Part shown: positions 9,085 through 18,055 of the stretch, in pieces
Numbering within the stretch: position 1 is the first letter of the stretch
Layout of the letters: each line of letters begins with the position of its first letter
DNA from: an uncultured bacterium
GTDB taxonomy: Bacteria; Patescibacteriota; Minisyncoccia; UBA6257; GWB1-50-10
Length of the DNA: 64,000 nucleotides
Assembly (NCBI GenBank): GCA_903827975.1
Contig: CAIKKG010000005.1
Span: forward strand, 372-64,371
Reading direction: 5' to 3'
Made by a program: the position numbers and the translations under genes
The notes under the pieces: generated by a model
Databases searched by the model: none
The model's input: the letters and a program-made list of their open reading frames with translations, nothing else
What the model was told of the DNA's origin: nothing

Positions 9085-11835
9085 ATGGCAAACAAAAAAC
9101 CCGATTCAAAGAACCAAAAGATAAAGAGCGAAATCACGTTGCGTAGACTTTTTACGCGAGACGGAACTCATCCTTTTGATTCAATAAATTGGGTTCGTCG
9201 CGATGCTGTTGTTGGAAGTGGAGACAAAAAAGTTTTTGAACAGAAGGATGTTGAGCTTCCAGATTTTTGGTCACAGAATGCCATAAATATTACAGCAGCA
9301 AAATATTTTCGCGGTAAGGTTGGTTCACCTGAAAGAGAAGAAAGTGTTAAACAGATTATTACCCGCGTGAGTTCTACAATGCGTGGATGGGGAGAGAAGT
9401 ATGGTTATTTTAAAGATGAGGATCAAGCGAGGATTTTTGAAGAAGAACTTGCACACATTCTCGTGCATCAGAAGGGTTCATTCAATAGTCCGGTATGGTT
9501 TAATGTCGGAGTAAAAGAAAAACCACAATGTTCCGCGTGTTTTATTTTATCTGTTGACGACGACATGAGTGAGATTTTGAATTGGATTAAAACTGAGGGA
9601 ATGATTTTCAAAGGTGGCTCGGGCGCTGGTGTAAATCTTTCTACACTTCGTTCAAAAACAGAATCACTTTCAAATGGCGGAAATGCATCTGGTCCAGTTT
9701 CATTTATGCGCGGAGCAGATTCTGTTGCTGGAATGATTAAGTCAGGTGGAACAACTCGTCGCGCTGCAAAAATGGTTATTCTAAATGTTGATCATCCAGA
9801 CATAATGGATTTTGTTCGCGCAAAAGCTGAAGAAGAAAAAAAGGTTCGCGCACTCATGGAGGCTGGATACAATATGTTGGATTTGAATAATGAGGCGTGG
9901 AATTCTATTCAGTATCAGAACGCAAATAATTCTGTGCGTATCACTGATGATTTTATGCGAGCAGTTGAGCGTGATGGAATGTGGGAAACAAAGTTTGTAA
10001 GGACTGGGCTTCCAGCAAAAGAATATAAAGCACGCGAACTATTAAATGAGATAGCGCTTGCTGCTTGGGAGTGCGGAGATCCTGGAGTTCAGTTTGATTC
10101 AATAATTAATAAGTGGCATACAATTCCAAACTCAGGAAGAATCAATGGTTCTAATCCATGTTCGGAATATATGAGCATAGATAATTCCGCGTGTAACTTG
10201 GCATCAATTAACCTTGTTAAGTTCCTTCGTCCTGATGGAACATTTATGACAAAGGAGTTTAAACACACAGTTGATGTATTCATTTTGGCCCAGGATATTA
10301 TCGTTGATGCATCAAGCTATCCAACTGAGAAAATCGGCGAGAGTGCCCATAAATTTAGGCAGTTAGGGCTTGGATTTGCCAATTTAGGAGCACTTATAAT
10401 GGCAAAGGGCTTTCCATATGATTCTGAAGAAGGACGTGCCGTTGCGGGCGCTATAGCGTCATTAATGTCAGGTGAGGCATATAGGTTCTCTGCGACCATT
10501 GCAAGGCATCTTGGGGCGTTTGAGGGGTATGAGATTAATCGTGATCCGATGCTTAACGTTATAAGAATGCACGGTGCAGCATCACACAATATTGACGCAT
10601 TTTATTTGAACGATAAGGAGCTTGGTCGCGAGTCTCATGAGGTCTGGGAGGAGGCTTATAAACTAGGTGAGAAATTTGGATTTAGAAATTCTCAAGCAAC
10701 CGTTATTGCTCCAACTGGAACAATCTCATTTATGATGGATTGCGATACAACTGGTATCGAGCCTGACTTCTCACTTGTGAAAATGAAACAGCTTGTGGGT
10801 GGTGGATGGATGAAGATTGTAAATGCGGGCGTTGAACCAGCACTTAAGAATTTGGGATATACAGAAAATGAAGTAAGCGATGTTCTTTCTTGGATTGCAG
10901 AAAAAAATACAATTGAGGGCGCACCAAGTTTAAAGGAGACGCATCTCGCAGTATTCGATTGCGCGGCTAAAGCACAAAACGGAACGCGCGTTATTTCTTG
11001 GAAGGGCCATGTAAAGATGGTTGCTGCAGTACAACCGTTTATCTCAGGAGCAATTTCAAAAACATTTAATATGTTGAATGAGGCGACGAAGGAGGACATT
11101 GTTGAAGCGTACATGATGTCTTGGAAGTACGGAATAAAAGCACTCGCGGTATATCGCGATGGTTCAAAAGCCACGCAACCACTTAGCACATCAGCAACAA
11201 ACAAAAAAGAAAAAGTAGATGCATCTGATGGGGCCATAAGAAGAAAGCTTCCAGCAACAAGAGCTTCTGAGACGCACAGATTTGCAATTGCAGGACATGA
11301 CGGATATCTCACATACAGTATGTATGATGACGGAACTCTTTCAGAGATATTTATTCGAATGGCAAAACAGGGAAGTACTTTGTCTGGTCTTATAGATGCA
11401 TTCGCAATTTCTGTATCAATCGCACTTCAATATGGTGTGCCATTAAAAGATCTTGTTCGTAAATTTGTATATACGCGTTTTGAGCCGGCTGGATTTACAG
11501 AGAACCCAAATATTCGTATTGCAACAAGTATCGTTGATTATATTTTCCGTTATCTTGCATTACGCTTCTTAGGTCCTGATGATTTGTTGGAGTTTGGAAT
11601 GGTTCACGCATTAGAAGGTGCAACAGCAGAGGCACCAAAGGAGACAAGTGAGGTTAAGGCTCCAGTTGTTGCCGCTGTCGTAACTGGCACAAGTGGATTT
11701 GATACTCAGAAGCCAAAGGCAAATGGTTCAGTAATTTCAGATACTGTTTGTCGCAAGTGTGGTGGTATGATGGTGCGCACTGGAACATGTCTGACGTGTT
11801 TGCAGTGTGGTGATTCATCAGGGGGTTGCTCGTAA
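9085..11835 (+). CDS. nrdJ: ribonucleoside-diphosphate reductase, class II (adenosylcobalamin-dependent), monomeric type with C-terminal Cys-rich tail
   Basis: class II RNR core motifs (GSNPCSEY, NLASINL); C-terminal CxxC...CxxC...CxxC; start moved to ATG 9085 (MANKKPD), which follows a TGGTATAGT -10. Confidence 0.9.
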   Translation: MANKKPDSKNQKIKSEITLRRLFTRDGTHPFDSINWVRRDAVVGSGDKKVFEQKDVELPDFWSQNAINITAAKYFRGKVGSPEREESVKQIITRVSSTMRGWGEKYGYFKDEDQARIFEEELAHILVHQKGSFNSPVWFNVGVKEKPQCSACFILSVDDDMSEILNWIKTEGMIFKGGSGAGVNLSTLRSKTESLSNGGNASGPVSFMRGADSVAGMIKSGGTTRRAAKMVILNVDHPDIMDFVRAKAEEEKKVRALMEAGYNMLDLNNEAWNSIQYQNANNSVRITDDFMRAVERDGMWETKFVRTGLPAKEYKARELLNEIALAAWECGDPGVQFDSIINKWHTIPNSGRINGSNPCSEYMSIDNSACNLASINLVKFLRPDGTFMTKEFKHTVDVFILAQDIIVDASSYPTEKIGESAHKFRQLGLGFANLGALIMAKGFPYDSEEGRAVAGAIASLMSGEAYRFSATIARHLGAFEGYEINRDPMLNVIRMHGAASHNIDAFYLNDKELGRESHEVWEEAYKLGEKFGFRNSQATVIAPTGTISFMMDCDTTGIEPDFSLVKMKQLVGGGWMKIVNAGVEPALKNLGYTENEVSDVLSWIAEKNTIEGAPSLKETHLAVFDCAAKAQNGTRVISWKGHVKMVAAVQPFISGAISKTFNMLNEATKEDIVEAYMMSWKYGIKALAVYRDGSKATQPLSTSATNKKEKVDASDGAIRRKLPATRASETHRFAIAGHDGYLTYSMYDDGTLSEIFIRMAKQGSTLSGLIDAFAISVSIALQYGVPLKDLVRKFVYTRFEPAGFTENPNIRIATSIVDYIFRYLALRFLGPDDLLEFGMVHALEGATAEAPKETSEVKAPVVAAVVTGTSGFDTQKPKANGSVISDTVCRKCGGMMVRTGTCLTCLQCGDSSGGCS

Positions 11836-11930
11836 AAAATCTATAACAATAGTTGTTAATAAATATCGCCATCTCATTGATTGGCGATATTTATTTGCGG
11901 AAATTAGTTAACTGTATAAGACTGATACTT

Positions 11931-13061
11931 ATGATACGAAGAGTAGTTACCGCAGCGGTATTAATAATAAGTATATGTATGCCATCAATTTCTTTGGGGG
12001 CTAAATTTTCATATGGCGTATGGGTTCCATATTGGAAAAAGGCAGTTGCAATACCCGAGGTTGTCCAAAATGTTAATTCACTTAAAGAGATAAGTCCGTT
12101 TTCATATGAGGTTCAAAAAAGTGGAATAGTTCGCGATGCAATGAGACTTACTGATGTATCTTGGTTAACTTTGATGGAGACCGCGTACGGAAGTAATATA
12201 AAAATAATCCCAACATTTTCTTGGCAGAATGGAGATGAGATTCATGCGATTCTTTCTTCGAGCACACTTCGCACTGCGCACATTGCCAACATTTTACGAG
12301 TGGTAGATGCAAATGATTTTGATGGAATTGATATTGATTATGAGAACAAGAAAGCCGAAACGAGCACCTACTTTTCTAAGTTTCTAACAGAGCTTTCTAA
12401 AGCAATTCACGCAAAGAAGAAAACACTCTCCTGCACAATAGAAGCAAGAACTCCACCAAGTTCACGCTTTGTTACTGTTCCAAAGGTATTGGAATACGCG
12501 AATGATTTTAAGGTTATTAATACTGTATGCGATGAGGTTCGTATTATGGCGTATGAGCAGGGTAGAGTGGATTTGAAATTAAATAAAACAAAGAGCGCGA
12601 GCGGAAATTACTATGCTCCTATCTCCGATTCAGATTGGGTTGAGAAAGTTATACTTGAAGCATTAAAAACAATTAAGAAAGAGAAAATAATGCTTGGTGT
12701 TGCAAACTTCGGAAGCGAGTATGATGTTCGACTTGTGAATGGAGTGAGTACATATACTGATTTGCGAAACCTTTCATATAACGAGTTCCAAGTACTTGCG
12801 AGTACCACAGCTTCTAAAGTTGTAAGAAATAATGCTGGTGAGAGTGGTTTTATTTATACTGTGAATTCCATAAGTTCCACCAGCACAATAATTGGAACAT
12901 CAACATTAACGAATGCTACTTCAACGCGCTTCGTTACATTAAGCGATTCAAAAGCAATACAGGCAAAAATTACACTTGCTAAAAAATATAAATTAAAAGG
13001 AGTCTTTCTTTTCAAGATAGATGGCGAGAGTGATCCAAATCTTTGGAGTGTATTAAAGTAA
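11931..13061 (+). CDS. secreted glycoside hydrolase family 18 (chitinase-like) protein
   Basis: signal peptide MIRRVVTAAVLIISICMPSISLGA; GH18 catalytic DGIDIDYE (DxxDxDxE). Confidence 0.75.
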   Translation: MIRRVVTAAVLIISICMPSISLGAKFSYGVWVPYWKKAVAIPEVVQNVNSLKEISPFSYEVQKSGIVRDAMRLTDVSWLTLMETAYGSNIKIIPTFSWQNGDEIHAILSSSTLRTAHIANILRVVDANDFDGIDIDYENKKAETSTYFSKFLTELSKAIHAKKKTLSCTIEARTPPSSRFVTVPKVLEYANDFKVINTVCDEVRIMAYEQGRVDLKLNKTKSASGNYYAPISDSDWVEKVILEALKTIKKEKIMLGVANFGSEYDVRLVNGVSTYTDLRNLSYNEFQVLASTTASKVVRNNAGESGFIYTVNSISSTSTIIGTSTLTNATSTRFVTLSDSKAIQAKITLAKKYKLKGVFLFKIDGESDPNLWSVLK

Positions 13062-13073
13062 TTTTCTTAATAT

Positions 13074-13709
13074 TTAAGAACGAAGGAAATTTATTATTTT
13101 TAATATTAAAATAATAAAGAGCTGAATCAAAATATTTGTCAGTATTAGGCTAAGTGCCATTAGGCCAATATTCGTGAAAAAAGTAGACTGAACGAAAAAT
13201 AGTAAGATAATCGGAAACCACACGTTTTTTAGGTCTTTTGCTGATGGTCCGAGCATTGCACCGACGTTAAAAAATAAAAGAATCATTATCCAGCTCTGCC
13301 ATTGAAGTAAGTTAAGCTGCGATAAAAATGCGAATGGTTTTGTAAAAATAGAACCCCAATCAGAAATTTTGGATGCAACAAAGTAATCTCCCAAGGCATA
13401 GTGATTTACAAGATACAGGAATAGTAGTCCGCCCAATATTGGTGCGAATGATATAAGAGCCTCACCAATTAGTGGGATTTTTGATTTTCTGTGTAGGACG
13501 TGAGGCTGTGATGACAAAACTTTGTACTCCTCAATTTTTGCTCCCATAAACAGACAGAGTATTGCATGAGAAGATTCGTGAACAAATGCACCCACGTAAT
13601 ATAGAAGGTGCGTCAGGCGATAATTTAGATAACGCCAATTTAGCCAGTTACTTACGTAGCCGGAAAGAGATATTAGAATTATTACTATTCCAAGACTATT
13701 TGTTGGCAT
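13074..13709 (-). CDS. polytopic membrane protein with HExxH (putative M50/DUF3267-like intramembrane metalloprotease)
   Basis: VHESSHAI HExxH motif inside a TM helix; about 6 TM segments. Confidence 0.5.
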   Translation of the reverse strand: MPTNSLGIVIILISLSGYVSNWLNWRYLNYRLTHLLYYVGAFVHESSHAILCLFMGAKIEEYKVLSSQPHVLHRKSKIPLIGEALISFAPILGGLLFLYLVNHYALGDYFVASKISDWGSIFTKPFAFLSQLNLLQWQSWIMILLFFNVGAMLGPSAKDLKNVWFPIILLFFVQSTFFTNIGLMALSLILTNILIQLFIILILKIINFLRS

Positions 13710-13930
13710 TACAATATTCTATTTATTCGTAATAATTGCACCTTCAAAAGACATCGGTGCGCAATTTCCATACTGAACTAATTCCTGGTATTTAATTCCA
13801 AGATAGAATGCAATAAATGGGAGCGCTATAAAAACTATTAAAGCGACCGTTTTTGAGAGTGTTGTAACCTCATTCCATTTTATTTTCATATTATAATTCT
13901 AGCATTTAAACACACCTGGCCACCCAATGT

Positions 13931-14341
13931 TTATTCCGTGACTTTTATACTGCCTTTCATCATTGGATGAATAGTGCAGTAGTAATCAAATGACCCAATC
14001 TCGGAGAACGTAAAACTAAATGACTTTCCAGTCGTTAGTGTGCCCGAGTTAAGTGGTCCATCAGTATTAGAACTTGTGACTGTGTGTGGCGCCGAATCAT
14101 TATTAGTCCACGTTACTTTTGTACCAACCTTAATTGTTAGCGCGCCAGGATTAAATGAAAAATTCTTTATGTCTACTGTAATACCTGATGTCGATGCGGT
14201 TTCTGTTTGCGGCAACTGTGCACCCTTGATCGCAGAATCTTGAACGGTTGGGCCTGCACTAGGTAAATTTTTAGGAATAATAAGGTAGATTCCTATACCA
14301 ACAATTATCACTACAATGGTGGCTATGATTTTTTTTGTCAT
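13931..14341 (-). CDS. membrane-anchored cupredoxin (plastocyanin/azurin-like blue copper protein)
   Basis: N-terminal TM anchor; type-1 Cu ligands H...YYCTIHPMMKG (C-x2-H-x2-M). Confidence 0.8.
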   Translation of the reverse strand: MTKKIIATIVVIIVGIGIYLIIPKNLPSAGPTVQDSAIKGAQLPQTETASTSGITVDIKNFSFNPGALTIKVGTKVTWTNNDSAPHTVTSSNTDGPLNSGTLTTGKSFSFTFSEIGSFDYYCTIHPMMKGSIKVTE

Positions 14342-14466
14342 ACTCTAATTATATCATCCTTAAAAATAGTAATCTCATTCCTTATACTCATGAAAAATAG
14401 GCGCCTACGGTTCAAATCCTATTCTGTGTGTTTATTTGAAAATTGGAAATTAGACATTGGAAATTA

Positions 14467-14490
14467 AAAAACGCCTGACTGGCGTTTTTA
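14467..14490 (-). terminator. terminator downstream of tRNA-Lys (bidirectional hairpin acgcc-tgact-ggcgt flanked by A/T runs)
   Basis: perfect 5-bp stem with T-run on the minus strand. Confidence 0.55.
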
Positions 14491-14496
14491 TCCGTG

Positions 14497-14570
14497 TGCC
14501 CCCACTAGGATTTGAACCTAGGACCCACTGCTTAAAAGGCAGGTGCTCTACCAGGCTGAGCTATAGGGGC
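14497..14570 (-). tRNA. tRNA-Lys (anticodon TTT); CCA not encoded
   Basis: cloverleaf folds manually: acceptor GCCCCTA/TAGGGGC-like pairing, anticodon loop CUUUUAA, T-arm GGTTCAAATCC. Confidence 0.85.
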
Positions 14571-14697
14571 ATAAGCATCTCAAAGCTTTTGTTTTGAGCG
14601 TTTCTACTATACTAATTTTTTCATTACCTTGCAATATACTTGCCTTTACATCAAGGCTCTTTTTGATACAATAGCTTATGTTCCTTATGAACGGTAT

Positions 14698-14769
14698 TCC
14701 CCGGTAGCTCAGTGGTAGAGCGGCGCGCTGTTAACGCGATGGTCGTAGGTTCGAATCCTACCCGGGGAG
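14698..14769 (+). tRNA. tRNA-Asn (anticodon GTT); CCA not encoded
   Basis: acceptor TCCCCGG/CCGGGGA, D-arm GCTCAGTGGTAGAGC, anticodon loop CTGTTAA, T-arm GTAGGTTCGAATCCTAC. Confidence 0.85.
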
Positions 14770-14771
14770 CA
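14754..14771 (+). repeat. attL core: 3' end of tRNA-Asn (aatcctacccggggagca), repeated exactly at 24181..24198
   Basis: 18/18 identity between the two copies, same orientation. Confidence 0.65.
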
Positions 14772-16326
14772 CGATAGGTTGAGAGGGCACGAAAGTGCTC
14801 TCTTTTCCTTTATTAGAGCCACCTTTCTCCAGTTCGAGAGTTTCATTTACTCGTGGCATCCATTCTGCCAAAAAGCCGAAGGCTTTTGTGTATTCTGGCT
14901 TTATTGTTCCTTGCAAAACAGAGATGTTCGAGAAAGCGTAAGCCAACAGCAATCGGCGCTCTTCCGTAGTTGCTTTATCGCTCTGATAGATCTTCCCAGC
15001 TCTCAATGCCAGCTCGTGAATCGCCACCCCAACTTTGTAATATTCAGTATTGTCCGAATTTAACTTTCTAAGAGATTCAGTTAAGATCTCTCGCTCTTGT
15101 CCAAAACTCTCAACCCTCTGATCATAGAACTCTGTTGAAATTCTGCCATCCAATTTATCTTCGTACATAATCTTTAGACGTTGCTGGATGCGCTGGAGGC
15201 TCGCATTAATGCCATTCACCTGCGCTTCGTGAAGTTCGATCTCCTTGCCGTGGCTCTCCTTTAGGGCTTTGTTGAGAATACCCATAATCCTCTCGTTTTT
15301 AGGCGCTACAGAGCTAATTTGAGCCATTAGGTGGCTTTCTACGTCCTCCTGTCGTATGTACTTCCTGTCGATGGCTAGCTGTGCCTTGCACTGTTTACAC
15401 CCGCCATACCATTGTCCTTTTTGGAGTTCCCAAGTGACCGTCTTTTTACAACTGCCGCAAAAGACTTTGCCTCTTAATTCCTTGATGTGCTTAACGTGGT
15501 AAGGGGCGCTTGATCGGGTTAACTTGGCTTTAACCTGCTCAAACAAATCACGAGAAATAATGGGTTCTTGTTTACCTTCGTACTCTTTATCCTTCCATAT
15601 AAATTTACCGTAATAGAATGGGTCTGAAAGTAGCGCGTGGATTTTACTTTTCACAACTCTGCCACCTCCACGACTACGAAAGCCACTCTCGTACATTTTC
15701 TCTCCCAAAGAAACTGTTGAGTAATTTCCCGTCGCGTAAAGTGTAAACATCTCTCTTATGCGTGGAGCAACATTTTCATCTATCACGTGGATCTTGTGAC
15801 CTTTTTCACCAATGGTTTTATATCCTAACGGTGGTTTAGTTGGAAGCCAACCTTGTGCAGTCTTCTCTTTCTGACCTTTCTTAACTTCTTCCGATAAGTT
15901 ATTGGTATAGAAGCGAGCCATAGCCACTTTCATATCCCATACAAAGTTTTCGTGTGCTCGCGTGTTTTTACTGACAACGAAGTTTTCTTTTACGAAGTGG
16001 ATTTCACGGCTTGCTCCTTCTAATATCCAGTCACTCGCAGTTGCCGCATCCTTAAGATTACGCGTTAAACGATCAATCTTCTCACACAGAATGACATTGA
16101 TGTTTTTATTGGTGACGTATTGGATCATCTCAATAAACATCTTTCTTATTTGTTTTCCACTTGCTGACTCTGTAACTTTGTAGATCTTTACCAGCTCAAA
16201 ACCTTTTTGTTCTGCATAATCCTTCAAGAGTTTTTCTTGCGCCTCCAAAGAATATCCTGTTTCCTCTTGTTCTTTTGAGGATACACGAGCGTAGATTACT
16301 GCTTTAATTTTCTTAGTAGTTTCCAT
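14758..16326 (-). CDS. large serine recombinase (resolvase/invertase catalytic domain + recombinase domain + zinc-ribbon/coiled-coil)
   Basis: N-terminal AVIYARVSSKEQ catalytic-Ser motif; 522 aa; CGSCKK...CKQCK zinc ribbon; 3' end overlaps tRNA-Asn 3' end. Confidence 0.85.
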   Translation of the reverse strand: METTKKIKAVIYARVSSKEQEETGYSLEAQEKLLKDYAEQKGFELVKIYKVTESASGKQIRKMFIEMIQYVTNKNINVILCEKIDRLTRNLKDAATASDWILEGASREIHFVKENFVVSKNTRAHENFVWDMKVAMARFYTNNLSEEVKKGQKEKTAQGWLPTKPPLGYKTIGEKGHKIHVIDENVAPRIREMFTLYATGNYSTVSLGEKMYESGFRSRGGGRVVKSKIHALLSDPFYYGKFIWKDKEYEGKQEPIISRDLFEQVKAKLTRSSAPYHVKHIKELRGKVFCGSCKKTVTWELQKGQWYGGCKQCKAQLAIDRKYIRQEDVESHLMAQISSVAPKNERIMGILNKALKESHGKEIELHEAQVNGINASLQRIQQRLKIMYEDKLDGRISTEFYDQRVESFGQEREILTESLRKLNSDNTEYYKVGVAIHELALRAGKIYQSDKATTEERRLLLAYAFSNISVLQGTIKPEYTKAFGFLAEWMPRVNETLELEKGGSNKGKESTFVPSQPIVLPG

Positions 16327-16356
16327 ATTGGCTCAGTTTAATTTTAACAGTTAAAG

Positions 16357-16587
16357 TTAATCATTAGTAGTATTTTCAGTGATTCCATTTGGCACTCTCT
16401 TGAGTACCTTGTAATAGCAATCTTGAAGAAACATACACATATCCTCCTGAATCTCTTTCTTTACCTCCTGAAAGAACTCGTCTGTCATTTCACCTATGAC
16501 ATCAAGATCTTCTTCTAGGTAATCGCGGCTAAGGATTGCTACAACATCAGGATCACTCCAACGATAATTTTCTCTTTCTTCGGTCAT
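16357..16587 (-). CDS. hypothetical acidic small protein
   Basis: 76-aa ORF tightly spaced between the RHH gene and the recombinase. Confidence 0.35.
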   Translation of the reverse strand: MTEERENYRWSDPDVVAILSRDYLEEDLDVIGEMTDEFFQEVKKEIQEDMCMFLQDCYYKVLKRVPNGITENTTND

Positions 16588-16597
16588 ATTTTTTTAA

Positions 16598-16834
16598 TTA
16601 AGATTGATAATTTGAGAAGAAGTGTTTGCAGATCTCATCGAGTAAGAAAGAGATTATTGTTCCTTCCGACTTGGAGAATTCCTTGAGCTTCTTGTGCCAT
16701 TTTTCACTGACTCGCACCTGCACTGTCTTCCGCTTTTCAGCTTTGCGGGCAAAGTATTTTCTGACTGCTTCGTTGTCCGCTTTTGCCTGTTCTATATCGG
16801 TGGATGTATAGAGTTTTTTCTGCTTTGTCGACAT
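16598..16834 (-). CDS. putative ribbon-helix-helix (CopG/Arc-like) DNA-binding protein
   Basis: basic N-terminus then TVQVRVSEKWHKKLKEFSKSEGTIISFLLDEI beta-alpha-alpha pattern. Confidence 0.4.
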   Translation of the reverse strand: MSTKQKKLYTSTDIEQAKADNEAVRKYFARKAEKRKTVQVRVSEKWHKKLKEFSKSEGTIISFLLDEICKHFFSNYQS

Positions 16835-17136
16835 ATTTTAAGAACACTTCTATTTCCCTCATCCCTGTCCTTGATGAGAGGCTGATAATGCTGTGTACGA
16901 GATATCTATTGGGGTTTCGACCTTTTCACCCTCAAGCGGTGAACGCCCAATACAGTTGCTCCCTGATGTGCAAATGAGGTCGCCCGTTGAGAAGTGTTCA
17001 CTCAGAGCGGGCGCTGGTATTTACACACCAAGCGAGTTGCAGTCGGTTTTTTTCAGGAGACTTACTGACGACTCCTGACATCTCGGTTGTCTCAAGGTTC
17101 AAACACCCAGATCTGCCTCGAATATATCGGGGCAGA

Positions 17137-17361
17137 TTAAGATTTTTGAGGCTCTGGTCGACTGTCAATTTTTGCGAGCAAGTCAAAATACGCCACAGAG
17201 TTCAGCAAGATCTCCGACGCGTCTTTGAGAGTCAGGACTACACCAAATTCTTCTTTGATGGCATCCTGAAATTCCTTAATTGTTTGCTCACTGACCATAG
17301 GATCATTAGACACGTTGACCCTATACGCTTTAAATACGCTTTTAGTATCTTTTGCAGTCAA
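17137..17361 (-). CDS. hypothetical small protein (start uncertain: TTG at 17361 or internal ATG)
   Basis: protein-like composition on the minus strand, versus the Arg/Cys-rich overlapping plus-strand ORF. Confidence 0.3.
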   Translation of the reverse strand: MTAKDTKSVFKAYRVNVSNDPMVSEQTIKEFQDAIKEEFGVVLTLKDASEILLNSVAYFDLLAKIDSRPEPQKS

Positions 17362-17362
17362 A

Positions 17363-17385
17363 AAAAGCCCTATTTAGGGCAATGC
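17363..17385 (-). terminator. rho-independent terminator after the wHTH gene
   Basis: minus-strand gccctaaatagggc followed by TTTTTTT. Confidence 0.55.
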
Positions 17386-17417
17386 GAGGAGGATATTAAC
17401 AGGAGCAAGAGCAGACT

Positions 17418-18044
17418 TTAGACAAAAGTCTTAATTACCTTGTATGGAGATTTTATACCGTATCCACTGCTTGATTTAGATTCAATAATATCTACCTTCA
17501 AAAAGTGATCTATGTTCTTCTTGATTTTACCTATTTCTGACCGTACGTTCTTTAGATCTTTACCGCCCAGATACTCTGAAATATCCTCCGTTCTTTGTAG
17601 ACCTACATTGTCGACAAGGTAGGTTAAAATTTTTAGACGCTCGCTATCTTCTCCAATATGGTAACAAAGTTTACTTTTATCGCCGTGCCAAAGATCTCCA
17701 TTTTTATCTAAATAGAGAATTGTGCTCGTACCATTGTTGGTAAGCCCTATCTCGCTCACTAATTCGGAAGCCCTTTCTCTGAAATAGCTAGAGAACCAGA
17801 TGTTATAGATATCGTAGTCTGGCTCTTCTTCATATTCAGCATCCTTTCCTGACCAGAACTCATATTTCTCAATGAGTCCCTTTTCTTTCAGGTTATCCAT
17901 AATGCGAATGAGATCTGCTCCGCTAACACCCTCACTCAACAGGTCATCTGCCTTAACCTCGATATGCCGCACCGTTTCTGCTCCCAATAAATGGGTTTGA
18001 AGCAGGTTATTGAGAACTATTGATATCTTGGCGTTCGCATCCAT
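17418..18044 (-). CDS. putative transcriptional regulator with C-terminal OmpR/PhoB-type winged helix and no receiver domain
   Basis: C-terminus LKILTYLVDNVGLQRTEDISEYLG...VRSEIGKIKKNI...SGYGI fits the trans_reg_C pattern; 12 nt downstream of the Type IIG gene. Confidence 0.45.
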   Translation of the reverse strand: MDANAKISIVLNNLLQTHLLGAETVRHIEVKADDLLSEGVSGADLIRIMDNLKEKGLIEKYEFWSGKDAEYEEEPDYDIYNIWFSSYFRERASELVSEIGLTNNGTSTILYLDKNGDLWHGDKSKLCYHIGEDSERLKILTYLVDNVGLQRTEDISEYLGGKDLKNVRSEIGKIKKNIDHFLKVDIIESKSSSGYGIKSPYKVIKTFV

Positions 18045-18055
18045 ATCGTTAATGC

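Noticed and set aside
10692-11312. 206-aa minus-strand ORF inside nrdJ (and similar antisense ORFs at 3906-4427, 7558-7986, 37969-38421, 53322-53828, 58217-58828)
   Set aside because: Entirely embedded antisense within well-supported conserved genes. Ser/Thr/Ala-rich translations are typical of shadow frames.
16840-17137. RNase P RNA / SRP RNA / tmRNA identity for the structured region
   Set aside because: It has only a short GGGUGAAAAGG resemblance to CR-IV. There is no CR-I/CR-V, no 4.5S domain IV, and no tRNA-like tmRNA end, so it is left as an unclassified structured element.
16987-17421. 144-aa plus-strand ORF across the island's non-coding stretch
   Set aside because: Arg/Cys-rich nonsense-like composition. 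It overlaps a compositionally better minus-strand small gene and a hairpin-dense GC-rich region, so it is treated as a shadow ORF.
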